Program-made: the position numbers and the translations under genes | The notes under the pieces: generated by a model | Told to the model about the DNA's origin: nothing | The model's database searches: none | Seen by the model: only the letters and a program-made list of their open reading frames with translations | Shown here: piece after piece, positions 22,695 through 38,433 of the stretch | Position numbering within the stretch: the stretch's first letter is position 1 | How the letters are laid out: each line of letters begins with the position of its first letter | NCBI GenBank assembly: GCA_964016885.1 | Contig: OZ024743.1 | Coordinates: forward strand, 330,832,001 to 330,896,000 | Reading direction: 5' to 3' | DNA: 64,000 nucleotides | Source of the DNA: Eledone cirrhosa | Lineage: Eukaryota

Positions 22695-25545
22695 CATGAC
22701 CATCAAATAGACTAGGTGATACTTAACTAACCAAGGTATTGAACTAATGACCATCAGGTAGAGTAGTGTATTTAATACTTAACTAACCAAGGTATTGAAC
22801 TAATGACCATCAGGTAGTAGTGTATTTAATACTTAACTAACCAAGGTATTGAACTCATGACTATCAGGTAGAGTAGTGTATTTAATACTTAACTAACCAA
22901 GGTATTGAACTAATGACCATCAGGTAGAGTAGTGTATTTAATACTTAACTAACCAAGGTATTGAACTAATGACCATCAGGTAGAGTAGTGTATTTAATAC
23001 TTAACTAACCAAGGTATTGAACTAATGACCATCAGGTAGAGTAGTGTATTTAATACTTAACTAACCAAGGTATTGAACTAATGACCATCAGGTAGAGTAG
23101 TGTATTTAATACTTAACTAACCAAGGTATTGAACTAATGACCATCAGGTAGAGTAGTGTATTTAATACTTAACTAACCAAGGTATTGAACTAATGACCAT
23201 CAGGTAGAGTAGTGTATTTAATACTTAACTAACCAAGGTATTGAACTAATGACCATCAGATAGAGTAGTGTATTTAATACTTAACTAACCAAGGTATTGA
23301 ACTCATGACTATCAGGTAGAGTAGTGTATTTAATACTTAACTAACCAAGGTATTGAACTAATGACCATCAGGTAGAGTAGTGTATTTAATACTTAACTAA
23401 CCAAGGTATTGAACTCATGACTATCAGATAGAGTAGTGTATTTAATACTTAACTAACCAAGGTATTGAACTAATGACCATCAGGTAGAGTAGTGTATTTA
23501 ATACTTAACTAACCAAGGTATTGAACTCATGACTATCAGGTAGAGTAGTGTATTTAATACTTAACTAACCAAGGTATTTAACTAATGACTATCAGGTAGA
23601 GTAGTGTATTTAATACTTAACTAACCAAGGTATTGAACTAATGACCATCAGGTAGAGTAGTGTATTTAATACTTAACTAACCAAGGTATTGAACTAATGA
23701 CTATCAGGTAGAGTAGTGTATTTAATACTTAACTAACCAAGGTATTGAACTAATGACTATCAGATAGAGTAGTGTATTTAATACTTAACTAACCAAGGTA
23801 TTGAACTAATGACCATCAGGTAGAGTAGTGTATTTAATACTTAACTAACCAAGGTATTGAACTCATGACTATCAGGTAGAGTAGTGTATTTAATACTTAA
23901 CTAACCAAGGTATTGAACTAATGACCATCAGGTAGAGTAGTGTATTTAATACTTAACTAACCAAGGTATTGAACTCATGACTATCAGGTAGAGTAGTGTA
24001 TTTAATACTTAACTAACCAAGGTATTGAACTCATGACTATCAGATAGAGTAGTGTATTTAATACTTAACTAACCAAGGTATTGAACTCATGACTATCAGG
24101 TAGAGTAGTGTATTTAATACTTAACTAACCAAGGTATTGAACTAATGACCATCAGATAGAGTAGTGTATTTAATACTTAACTAACCAAGGTATTGAACTC
24201 ATGACTATCAGGTAGAGTAGTGTATTTAATACTTAACTAACCAAGGTATTGAACTCATGACTATCAGATAGAGTAGTGTATTTAATACTTAACTAACCAA
24301 GGTATTGAACTAATGACTATCAGGTAGAGTAGTGTATTTAATACTTAACTAACCAAGGTATTGAACTAATGACTATCAGATAGAGTAGTGTATTTAATAC
24401 TTAACTAACCAAGGTATTGAACTAATGACTATCAGGTAGAGTAGTGTATTTAATACTTAACTAACCAAGGTATTGAACTAATGACTATCAGGTAGAGTAG
24501 TGTATTTAATACTTAACTAACCAAGGTATTGAACTAATGACTATCAGGTAGAGTAGTGTATTTAATACTTAACTAACCAAGGTATTGAACTAATGACCAT
24601 CAGGTAGAGTAGTGTATTTAATACTTAACTAACCAAGGTATTGAACTAATGACTATCAGGTAGAGTAGTGTATTTAATACTTAACTAACCAAGGTATTGA
24701 ACTAATGACTATCAGATAGAGTAGTGTATTTAATACTTAACTAACCAAGGTATTGAACTCATGACTATCAGATAGAGTAGTGTATTTAATACTTAACTAA
24801 CCAAGGTATTGAACTCATGACTATCAGATAGAGTAGTGTATTTAATACTTAACTAACCAAGGTATTGAACTCATGACTATCAGGTAGAGTAGTGTATTTA
24901 ATACTTAACTAACCAAGGTATTGAACTCATGACTATCAGGTAGAGTAGTGTATTTAATACTTAACTAACCAAGGTATTGAACTCATGACTATCAGGTAGA
25001 GTAGTGTATTTAATACTTAACTAACCAAGGTATTGAACTAATGACTATCAGGTAGAGTAGTGTATTTAATACTTAACTAACCAAGGTATTGAACTCATGA
25101 CTATCAGGTAGAGTAGTGTATTTAATACTTAACTAACCAAGGTATTGAACTCATGACTATCAGGTAGAGTAGTGTATTTAATACTTAACTAACCAAGGTA
25201 TTGAACTCATGACTATCAGGTAGAGTAGTGTATTTAATACTTAACTAACCAAGGTATTGAACTCATGACTATCAGGTAGAGTAGTGTATTTAATACTTAA
25301 CTAACCAAGGTATTGAAATTATGACCATCAGGTAAAGTAGTGTATTTAATACTTAACTAACCAAGGTATTGAAATTATGACCATCAGGTAAAGTAGTGTA
25401 TTTAATACTTAACTAACCAAGGTATTGAAATTATGACCATCAGGTAAAGTAGTGTATTTAATACTTAACCAACCGAGGTATTGAACCCACGACTATCAAG
25501 CAGTGTTGTGTATTTAATACTTATCCAAATAATGTATTGAAAATG
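22695..25545. repeat. 56-bp minisatellite (AACTAACCAAGGTATTGAACT[A/C]ATGAC[C/T]ATCAGGTAGAGTAGTGTATTTAATACTT)n, about 50 copies
   Basis: 56-bp period (22891 to 22947); degenerate edge units. Confidence 0.97.
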
Positions 25546-25599
25546 CGAAACAGTTATGTTTAAACCTTATAATTCTCATCACATAATTGTCCCAGGCCA

Positions 25600-25790
25600 G
25601 GTCAAGCTTCTGTCTGCTACTTGTACCATGTAAACCAGTACAACCTGCTCCATCGTCGAGTGGTTAGTGACTAGACCAGCCCCGCTGTGAGTCCTTGGTC
25701 TGTTGAAAATGGCAGGTGGAACCCCGGCTGCACAAAAAAACAAGAGCTGTTAAAAATGGTGGATAAACTCCTCAGAATCAACGATCTCTC
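25600..25790 (+). mobile_element. Diverged relative of the 5' part of the RTE-derived element at 16769-17372
   Basis: GCTACTTGTACCATGTAAACCAGTACAACCTG aligns with GCTACTGGTAACATGTATCCCAGTACAACCTG. Confidence 0.5.
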
Positions 25791-26696
25791 GCTCCAAATA
25801 TGGGGTAAATAGCATCATCAATCCGTATTTGGCCAAGCATGGGCAATATGACTTCACCTCTGACATGACCCAAACCAAACAGAAAAAAGCAGAAGTTAAC
25901 CAGTGAGGGATCCTTCCAAGAGGGTTGAGAAGGAATTGGATTGTAATGGAATTGTACCAGGAGACAATAGCGGAGACAAAATAGGTTGGTTCGAAATTTT
26001 AAGATCATTACCAAACACCACAGACACTTGAAGAGGGCTGACGAATACAAGAACCGAAACGTTTATAATAACAGTTTATAATAACAAGTCGATATTATAA
26101 TACATTTAAAAAAATATTATCTGCGGTGATTTTATATTTTATAATCTCAATCAAAAGTAAAAAATATATATCAAAGCTCTAGATTAATGTTTTAATCTAC
26201 CATAAAATGTAAAAATGCCATGAAAACTTCCATAAGGCATCACTATTTCTATAAAAATTAACCTACAGAAGTTATATATTTATCAATTATATATACCCAA
26301 TAGATGAAGTCTTTGATACATGCAATAGTTGTTCTCCTTAAAGTCATCATATAATTAGAATTAGCATGAAATATATGAAATATTTTTTTTTTTTTAAATT
26401 GATGTGTTCCGCAACCTTAGTACTTATTTATAAATATCTCGTTGGTTTTTAAGAGAAAATGATGGAGAGCTTTATAACATAATGAAAACACAACCAACGT
26501 AGGTTTTCACATAAAACTATCTCATATTATTAAAACAAACAAATCTGACAAATATAATCTGTAAAATACCTTCCATGTGGTTCTCTTCTAATAAATAGAG
26601 TAATCTGAAACATGAAAAAACAAATTGCATCAACTTAAATGTATATATATATATATATATCCATATACACACACACACACACACACACAGACACAC

Positions 26697-26763
<67 letters not shown>

Positions 26764-26823
26764 AATATATATATATATATACATATATACATATACATAT
26801 ATATACATATATATATACACACG

Positions 26824-29716
<2,893 letters not shown>

Positions 29717-29816
29717 TCCTCTCCGACAGATAACTCTCATATATATATATATGTGTGTATATATGTATGTAGGTAGGTATGTCTATATATATATATATAT
29801 ATACATACATACGGTA

Positions 29817-30861
29817 TATATCTCAGATATTGCACTTCCAGCAAGCTGTTCAACCTCAGGCGTCTCACTGCCAACACTAAGATAATGAGTATCTTGATCA
29901 GAGAATTTCCATATGCAGATGATTGTGATATCTTTGCACACTCCCAGAGTGACATGCAACACCTTATGAATTCTTTTTCCAATGCGTGCAGTGCTTTGGA
30001 ACTGACAATCAGTCTGAAGAAGACTGTCGCCATGTACCAACTTGCTCCAGAAGAATTTTTAAATAAACCCTCCATATACGTATACGATCAAAGGCTGAAG
30101 GCTGCTGACACATTTGTGTATTTGGGGAGTGCTCTGAATGTAGCCTGCTCTCTGGGTGCAGAAGTTCGTCTACGTGTTAGTAAGGCAAGTGAGTCATTTG
30201 GAAGGCTCAGTGACCGTCTTTGGTGTAGGCAAGGAATCACAATGAGGACCAAGGTGAGATTGTATGCTGCATGTGTGCTGTCAGCTTTGCTGTATGCGTG
30301 TTAGACATGGGTTGCCTACAAATGGCATATCCATATAGACTGGAACGGTTTCACCAGCAGTGTGTCAGAAAGATGCTCGGTATCAAGTGGCAGATGCATG
30401 TGAGTGATGTTTGGTCCTTGAGAGAAGTGAGTGTCTGAGCATTGAGAGTATCATCCACCAACGGCGTTTGCGATGCACCGGACACCTCTTCAGAATTGAG
30501 AAGGATCGAATCCCAAAACAACTCTTGTATGGCGAGCTTCTTTGGGGTAAGAAACTCTTGAAAGAGACACTTGGCGTGGAACGGTGATGATGGGGTCCAT
30601 AATTTTGAAGACAGACGCATAGAGCACGAGAAGATCAAACGGAATGTGCGTAAGCAATGCCCTAGTGTATCTCTCGAAACGATCGGTGTCGCCACTGAAT
30701 TGAAGTGGCCTGAGTGTGGAAAAATGTGCTTGAGCAAATCCATATTTGTCGTCGATGTGCGAAGGAGTGCAAGTCTCTAACTGGCTTGAGAAGCCATATC
30801 CGAGCGTCACACATCTGAATCTGACAAGCGATTGCAACACTCTTAGCAGACTTTTCAGCCG

Positions 30862-30864
<3 letters not shown>
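29817..30864 (+). mobile_element. RTE (BovB-like) LINE 3' fragment, degraded
   Basis: LIREFPYADDCDIFAHS..MQHLMNSFSNAC...LTISLKKT, FVYLGS, KASESFGRL, TKVRLYAACVLSALLYAC; C-terminal PECGKMC zinc-finger remnant; (TA)n tail. Confidence 0.9.
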
Positions 30865-30929
<65 letters not shown>

Positions 30930-30932
<3 letters not shown>

Positions 30933-31570
30933 AGTTTTATCACTTGTAAATAATGTTATGTGGCTGTTGTTGATACCAGTTTTATTACTTGTAGACAGTG
31001 TTGTGTGGCTGTTGTCGACACCAGTTTTATGACTTGTAAATAATTGTTTCTACTTTAGGTACAAGGCCAGCAATTACCCAGTGCATTACTTGTACTTTAT
31101 TTTATCGTAAGGATGAAAGGCAAAGTCAACCTCGGCGGGATTTGAACTCAGATCGTAAAGGGACGTAACTATACTGGAAAGCATGGCGTCCGACCCTCTA
31201 CTGTAACTAATGTTATGTGGCTGTTGTTGATACCAGTTTTATGACTTGTAATAGTGTTATGTGGCTGTTGTTGATACCAGTTTTATGACTTGTAATAGTG
31301 TTATGTGGCTGTTGTTGATACCAGTTTTATGACTTGTAATAGTGTTATGTGGCTGTTGTTGATACCAGTTTTATGACTTGTAATAGTGCTGTTAGGCTTT
31401 TGTTAATACTTGTTTTATGATCTGTAGACAGTATTGTGTGGCTGTTGTTGATACATGTTTTATGATCTGTAATAGTGTAGTGTGACTGTTGTTGATACCA
31501 GTTTTATATGTTGTAAATAGTGTTGTCTGAGTCTTGTTGATACCAGTTTTATGACTTGAAATTAGTGTGG
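30930..31570. repeat. About 44-bp minisatellite (TAATAGTGTTATGTGGCTGTTGTTGATACCAGTTTTATGACTTG)n, interrupted by a SINE
   Basis: 44-bp period (31261 to 31305). Confidence 0.9.
31040..31203 (-). mobile_element. SINE family A inserted in the minisatellite
   Basis: Reverse complement of the family A tail, core and B box. Confidence 0.88.
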
Positions 31571-32266
31571 TGTTAACGTCGCCCAGTATCAAAATATAGT
31601 GGAACAAAATCAAAGATGTTGCTATCCGTTGCAGGAGCGGAAAACTGTGTTGTGGTGGTGTGTAAATGTTTCGCTATGAAAAAGCAGCATTACACAGCTA
31701 AATAAAATAAATAAAACAATAAAACAAATACAAAGATAATCTAAAATATAACAACTAATTGTTGTGCAACAAATATAACTAAATACTTTAGTACAGCTTG
31801 TTCTCAGTAGAAAACACAAAGCTAACGTTTGCGAAGATTTATACACCATATTTTTTATTGTGAATACAGAATTTGTTATCAGCAGTGTCTATCTTTTTCT
31901 GAAGTCTTGGTAATTCTCTTTAATTGAAAGTAGAACCAGCAACAAGAATATTTACAATTTCTTTTCTGTTTCCCTGTTGTATGTAGCTGTAACTTTATTA
32001 AGTCTAGAAATGTTTCAACACAGATTTTCTTAGCGTATCATGTGGAGTAAGGTGATCTTTATCATCAAACTTACTTTACACAACTTAATCAGTACGTAGA
32101 CATTACACTAACAAAACAATGCATGAAAGAAAAGTAAAACACAGACAAAGCAAAGGAAAAGAGTAAATAGAGAAATAGACTAAAAGGTCACGGCTGGAAC
32201 TGTAACAACATTGATTGTAGATGTGTCCAATCATGGTCTACCTAGGACTTCACTACAATAACAATA

Positions 32267-32440
32267 CAGGTAAAATTCCGTTATAACGAATACCATTATA
32301 ACGAATCTTTCAGTATAAAGAAATTTGTTTCCATCCCCGCAACACGCTTGATGTGTTTCGGTCGATTTCGTTATAAAGATTTTTCGTTACAACGAATTTT
32401 TTCTATAACTCGTGAATTTCGTTAGAACGTAATTTCACTG
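32267..32440. mobile_element. Tigger/pogo-type MITE
   Basis: Terminal inverted repeats (TIRs) CAGGTAAAATTCCGTTATAACGAA / TTCGTTAGAACGTAATTTCACTG flanked by TA; internal TATAACGA repeats. Confidence 0.7.
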
Positions 32441-32496
32441 TAATAGCAACGACACCAACAATAGTAATAATTGTTTCTTTCAGACATTAATTTAAC

Positions 32497-32587
32497 CTTC
32501 TTCTTCTTCTTCTTCTTCTTCTTCTTCTTCTTCTTCTTCTTCTTCTTCTTCTTCTTCTTCTTCTTCTTCTTCTTCTTCTTCTTCTTC
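32497..32587. repeat. (CTT)n microsatellite
   Basis: Seen directly. Confidence 0.98.
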
Positions 32588-32785
32588 TATCAGATCAACC
32601 AGCAAAGTGACAATATGGTAAAGTGTTTAGGGCTTCCCCGTCCTCAGAGTTCTGACAACATTGAGGTCAACTTTGTCTTTCATCCTCTCAGGGTCGAAAA
32701 GTAAAGATCCAGTCCAGCGATATCTAATTCGGAGTTCAAATCCTGCCTCCATCAGCCAGTCGCCAAATTGGCTGAGTATTTAGAG

Positions 32786-33093
32786 CAGGCATGGCCAACC
32801 TTTTTCGAGAAGCGGGCTGCATGAGATATAGCTCATCATCAGGCGGGCCGCAAGCACTAATTTACATTCGTGCCCACTTTTAAAAAAGGGCGGGTACTCG
32901 GGTAGTTTCGATTTGTTTCTTCAGAATTCGTACACGTTGTTTTCTTCGAATCTAAAAATGATAGAAAGATAAATTACGACTGAAAAGTTGGGGTAAAAAA
33001 ATCAGAAAGATTTCACTTAGGTGACTTAGTTGAGCCATTCAAAAAGCTTCACGATCTGCATGAGGCCCGCGGGCCACAGATTACCCATGACTC
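32786..33093. mobile_element. hAT (Charlie/Buster-type) MITE
   Basis: 8-bp TSD ATTTAGAG at 32778-32785 and 33094-33101; TIR CAGGCATGGCCAACC with degenerate partner GATTACCCATGACTC; subterminal GCGGGCC motifs. Confidence 0.8.
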
Positions 33094-33715
33094 ATTTAGA
33101 GTGTTGGATTAAATCCGTTCTTTATTCAAAGTTAACTTTGCTTTTCATCATTTCAGGTTCGATGACTTAAGTACTTTCGGGTCCCAAATAATAGGGGGAG
33201 TTGGAATAAGCGAGGGGTTGGAAATTCTGGAATTTTCTAGACTCTCTTTGTTGATTAAAAAACAACAGAATTAGATGTTTAATTTAGACATTGAGACCCC
33301 AACGCATCCTATGTATTTTATAGGGATTTATGGGATTTCTAGTAAAGTACTTCTTTTGTCATGTATAATGTTTTTTTAAAACTATAAAGAAAATTAATTA
33401 ATTATTTCACAATAAAATTTTGCCAGTGATAGATTAGCAAAATTTAATTAGCGCGGGAGTGGTTGGAAAAAATCTGAAAAAATTAATAGGGGTGATTGAT
33501 TGGCGGTATTGTTAAATATTCGGGCGGGACGGGGTAGATTTTGGTATCTGATCCGGTTCTGTGCATTCCGAGTAAAATTTCCGCTTCATTCTGTTAGGCC
33601 TGTGGTCAGCAAATAACATCAATAACGGATAGACAGGCAGAAACGTTGTTTCCTTTGTTCAATCTAGTTATCGGCTCCTTTCCACATCTGCCGTGTATAC
33701 ATATGTAGATGACTG

Positions 33716-33773
<58 letters not shown>

Positions 33774-33929
33774 TAAAATAACAGATTAAAGTTTAAGCAA
33801 AGAATCGCTGCTTTCACCCTTAACGGGATCTTCTGAAACTAACAAAGTCAATCTGTAAACGCAGAACTGGATATTTCAAAAAACGTTGCAACCGGAGGAA
33901 GACAGGAAGACGATACTTTGGTTCGTGGA

Positions 33930-34065
33930 ATGTCCTTAGTTACAGCATTATGTAGTAGTTGATGGTAAGTACTGCGCTCCACTTGATATAGGTTGCCAGT
34001 TTTGTCGGAATGGACGTGCACGGCGTTAGAATCCTTAATAGAACGAATTCTATTCTTCTGGGTTA
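33930..34065 (-). pseudogene. Penelope ORF N-terminal fragment
   Basis: IRSIKDSNAVHVHSDKTGNLYQVERSTYHQLLHNAVTKD matches the PLE DKT/DKG region preceding the RT domain. Confidence 0.72.
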
Positions 34066-34311
34066 CATATGAATATATATATATATATACAATTAAGTTT
34101 AAAATGTACATCCACATATGTATACTGAAATACTAGTATGCATATGAATACACACACGTATACATATGTAGATGTACCGAGTTTTTCACTGGTCACTTTA
34201 CTGTGAGTGTCCAGCTATTCTGTATGTAAACACACAGACAAACCGGTTTTTAGAGTCATACTGGTTTTTGAGGAAACACCTTTCCTCTATTCTCCAGAAA
34301 GCCAGACAAGG

Positions 34312-34356
34312 AATATTGAACTAGTTTCGTTGTTGTTACAACTCATCAGCAATATT
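34312..34356 (-). ncRNA. Minimal type I hammerhead ribozyme, copy 1
   Basis: AATATTG-CTGATGA-GTTGT(AACA)ACAAC-GAA-ACTAGT-T-CAATATT: 7-bp helix I, 5-bp helix II, palindromic helix III, GUU triplet. Confidence 0.82.
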
Positions 34357-34777
34357 TACCTATCTTCCGGCCTTTCTAGAGAATCGTAAAAGCACATATC
34401 GTTATATGTTTTTTCTATGAAAATCAGTAGTGGGCAGACTAATTTGCATAGAGCGTGAGTACGTACCGGTTCAACGGAGACGATAAAAACAAATAACGAA
34501 ACGAAATTAAATTTCGTTTCGTTTGTAACTCACTTTTGTATGACTGACGCTTAAACAATTAAGTTAAAAATGTACATCCACATATGTATACTGAAATACT
34601 AGTATGCATATGAATACACACACGTATACATATGTAGATGTACCGAGTTTTTCACTGGTCACTTTACTGTGAGTGTCCAGCTATTCTGTATGTAAACACA
34701 CAGACAAACCGGTTTTTAGAGTCATACTGGTTTTTGAGGAAACACCTTTCCTCTATTCTCCAGAAAGCCAGACAAGG

Positions 34778-34822
34778 AATATTGAACTAGTTTCGTTGTT
34801 GTTACAACTCATCAGCAATATT
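34778..34822 (-). ncRNA. Minimal type I hammerhead ribozyme, copy 2
   Basis: Identical to copy 1, 466 bp away. Confidence 0.82.
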
Positions 34823-35304
34823 TACCTATCTTCCGGCCTTTCTAGAGAATCGTAAAAGCACATATCGTTATATGCTTTTTCTATGAAAATCAGTAGTGGG
34901 CAGACTAATTTGCATAGAGCGTGAGTACGTACCGGTTCAACGGAGACGATAAAAACAAATAACGAAACGAAATTAAATTTCGTTTCGTTTGTAACTCACT
35001 TTTGTATGACTGACGCTTAAACAATTAAGTTAAAAATGTACATCCACATATGTATACTGAAATACTAGTATGCATATGAATACACACACGTATACATATG
35101 TAGATGTACCGAGTTTTTCACTGGTCACTTTACTGTGAGTGTCCAGCTATTCTGTATGTAAACACACAGACAAACCGGTTTTTAGAGTCATACTGGTTTT
35201 ACTCACGCTCTATGCAAATTAGTCTGCCCACTACTAATTTTCATAGAAAAAGCATATAACGATATGTGCTTTTACGATTCTCTAGAAAGGCCGGAAGATA
35301 GGTA

Positions 35305-35349
35305 AATATTGCTGATGAGTTGTAACAACAACGAAAATAGTTCAATATT
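35305..35349 (+). ncRNA. Hammerhead in the inverted copy, with a C-to-A change in helix III
   Basis: AATATTG-CTGATGA-GTTGTAACAACAAC-GAA-AATAGT-T-CAATATT. Confidence 0.6.
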
Positions 35350-35719
35350 CCTTGTCTGGCTTTCTGGAGAATAGAGGAAAGGTGTTTCCTCAAAAACCAG
35401 TATGACTCTAAAAACCGGTTTGTCTGTGTGTTTACATACAGAATAGCTGGACACTCACAGTAAAGTGACCAGTGAAAAACTCGGTACATCTACATATGTA
35501 TACGTGTGTGTATTCATATGCATACTAGTATTTCAGTATACATATGTGGATGTACATTTTTAACTTAATTGTTTAAGCGTCAGTCATACAAAAGTGAGTT
35601 ACAAACGAAACGAAATTTAATTTCGTTTCGTTATTTTTTTTTATATATATATATATATATTCATATGTAACCCATTTGCAACCACGCAGCACGCCATGTT
35701 TTCATATTTTTCATATATT

Positions 35720-36092
<373 letters not shown>

Positions 36093-36325
36093 CTTTGATA
36101 GGTTACGGCCACTATTGGCCCAATGCCATGTCTAACTTAATAGCACCACCTGGTGAAGTCTTTCAAATCTGGATTTGGACACCATTCCCCACTCAAGTAG
36201 GGAGTTATTGTTTGCGGAGATATATCCTGGTGTAGGAGGTTTATCCGGGATTTCTTGAGGAATTTGTCCAAAATTTCTTGAACTTTATGGGGTCTGTTTT
36301 TGTTTTAATGTGTTTTGATGTAATG

Positions 36326-36445
<120 letters not shown>

Positions 36446-36527
36446 GTGTATAATGGTAGCTATGGTGCTTCCATAGGCGGTATGCCAAAATTAGCACTCG
36501 ATATTCAGCAGAGTAGAGTGTAGATAG

Positions 36528-38334
36528 TATAAAGGAAACGAAAAATCAGTGATGCATCTGGACTTAATTTATTGCGTGTTACAATTGTTTCGCCGGCAGG
36601 TAGCTCGAGACATGGCCCCTGTATGGATCTGGCTGATTCTACGGCTGCGGGTTCTTTCAGACACGGGTAGTTCGTTCGGAGAAAATTTTATCACTGGGGT
36701 GTTATCATCAAAAAACACCCTCAAAAAACCCTCTTCCACTTTTGTCATGCTATTGGTGGTTTTTACTTCACGTCATCACAAGTTCTGGTCAGTATTTACT
36801 GCTACACGGGTCATCAGCCATTTTCCGTCCGACACACTTGGGGGTGTGTATATGGGCATGGGTACGTATATGCATGAGCTTATGAGCGCGTGTATGTGCA
36901 GACATGTGCATGTATGTAAGTATGTGGCAGAGTGTGTGTGTATGTATGTATGTATATATCTGTGTATATATAAATATATATATGAATGGATATATAGTGT
37001 ATTTTGCAATACACTGTATGCTTAATTAAAATCATTTCGAAGACCTTATGCTATTGTTTTAGAGTAGTGACAGTCTCACTTACTTTAAATTTTCAGCAAA
37101 CAGGGGAGATAAAGCTGACAGCTATGTTTCGTACTGATTGGTACTTATCAAAGCCAAGTACTCCGCCTGTTTGTTGAAAATCATGAATGTTTGATTCTTA
37201 TAGAATTTCTAGTAATAATCAGGAACTGATTATACAGAGCGGTTGCAAAATACACTATATATACATTCATGTATATCGCTATTTCAGAGCGCCAATTCTA
37301 ATTTTCAATTTCTGCTTGACCGGCAACCGCTCTGTATAATCAGTTCCTGATTATTATTAGAAATTCTATAAGAATCAAACATTCATGATTTTCAGCAAAT
37401 AGGTGGAGTACTTGGCTTTGATAAGTACCAATCAGTACGAAACATAGCTCTGTCAGCTTTATCTTCCCTGTTTGCTGAAAATTTAAAGTAAGTGAGACTG
37501 TCACTACTCTAAAACAATAGCATAAGGTCTTCAAAATGATTTTAATTAAGCATACAGTGTATATACATTCATATATATATATATATATATCGCTATTTCA
37601 GAGCGCCAATTCTAATTTTAAATATATATATGTATGTATATGTATATATGTGTGCGTATGTACGTATAGCTACGTATGAGTAGGTGTGTGGGTGCGGGTG
37701 TATGCATATGTGGGCCTCTATATATGGGTATGTGTATTTGTGCATACATGTATATGTTTATGTGCATCTCACAGGAATGTGTACCGATGATTACATATGG
37801 AGTATATATGCATTTTATTACTATTATTCTTTTTGTATTATTTTATCATATATCCGTTGTATATATCCGTATATGTATATATGAATGTGTGTACATGTGT
37901 GTATATATATGTATATATATAGATATAGATATATATCATATTGTATACTATATTGATATTTTATACTTTATATTTTATATTTTATGTTATGTTATTTTAC
38001 AGTTATGTTATGGTATATTGTGTTTTTTATTATATAATGTATTTTTAATTTACGGTTTTGTTTATATATGTATATGTGGAAGTAGATGTGTGTGTAAGCA
38101 AATATGCAAATGTGCAGGTGTCTGCATGTGGCAGTCCGTGTGCGTATGCATATGTAGATGTATATATGTCTGCATGTATATATGTATGTATATGTGTTGG
38201 TGTGCGTATGCATGTAGGTTTTTTGTGTGTATATTTATATATATATGTGTGTGTGTATGTATGTGTGTATGTAATTTTGTGTACGTATGTGTATTTTGTA
38301 TGTATGTGTGTGCATGTGTGTATATATATGTGTA

Positions 38335-38433
<99 letters not shown>

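Larger units (their letters stand above)
34089..35640. mobile_element. Tandem 466-bp PLE pseudo-LTR/retrozyme-like units (about 2.4 direct copies, 34089-35200) followed by an inverted copy (35201-35640)
   Basis: Identical ORF translations at 34207 and 34673 (466 bp apart) and an inverted copy at 35272-35454; each full unit has a hammerhead. Confidence 0.88.

Noticed and set aside
33170-33525. Second DNA-transposon MITE with AATAA..GGGG repeats
   Set aside because: No matching right TIR or TSD could be defined
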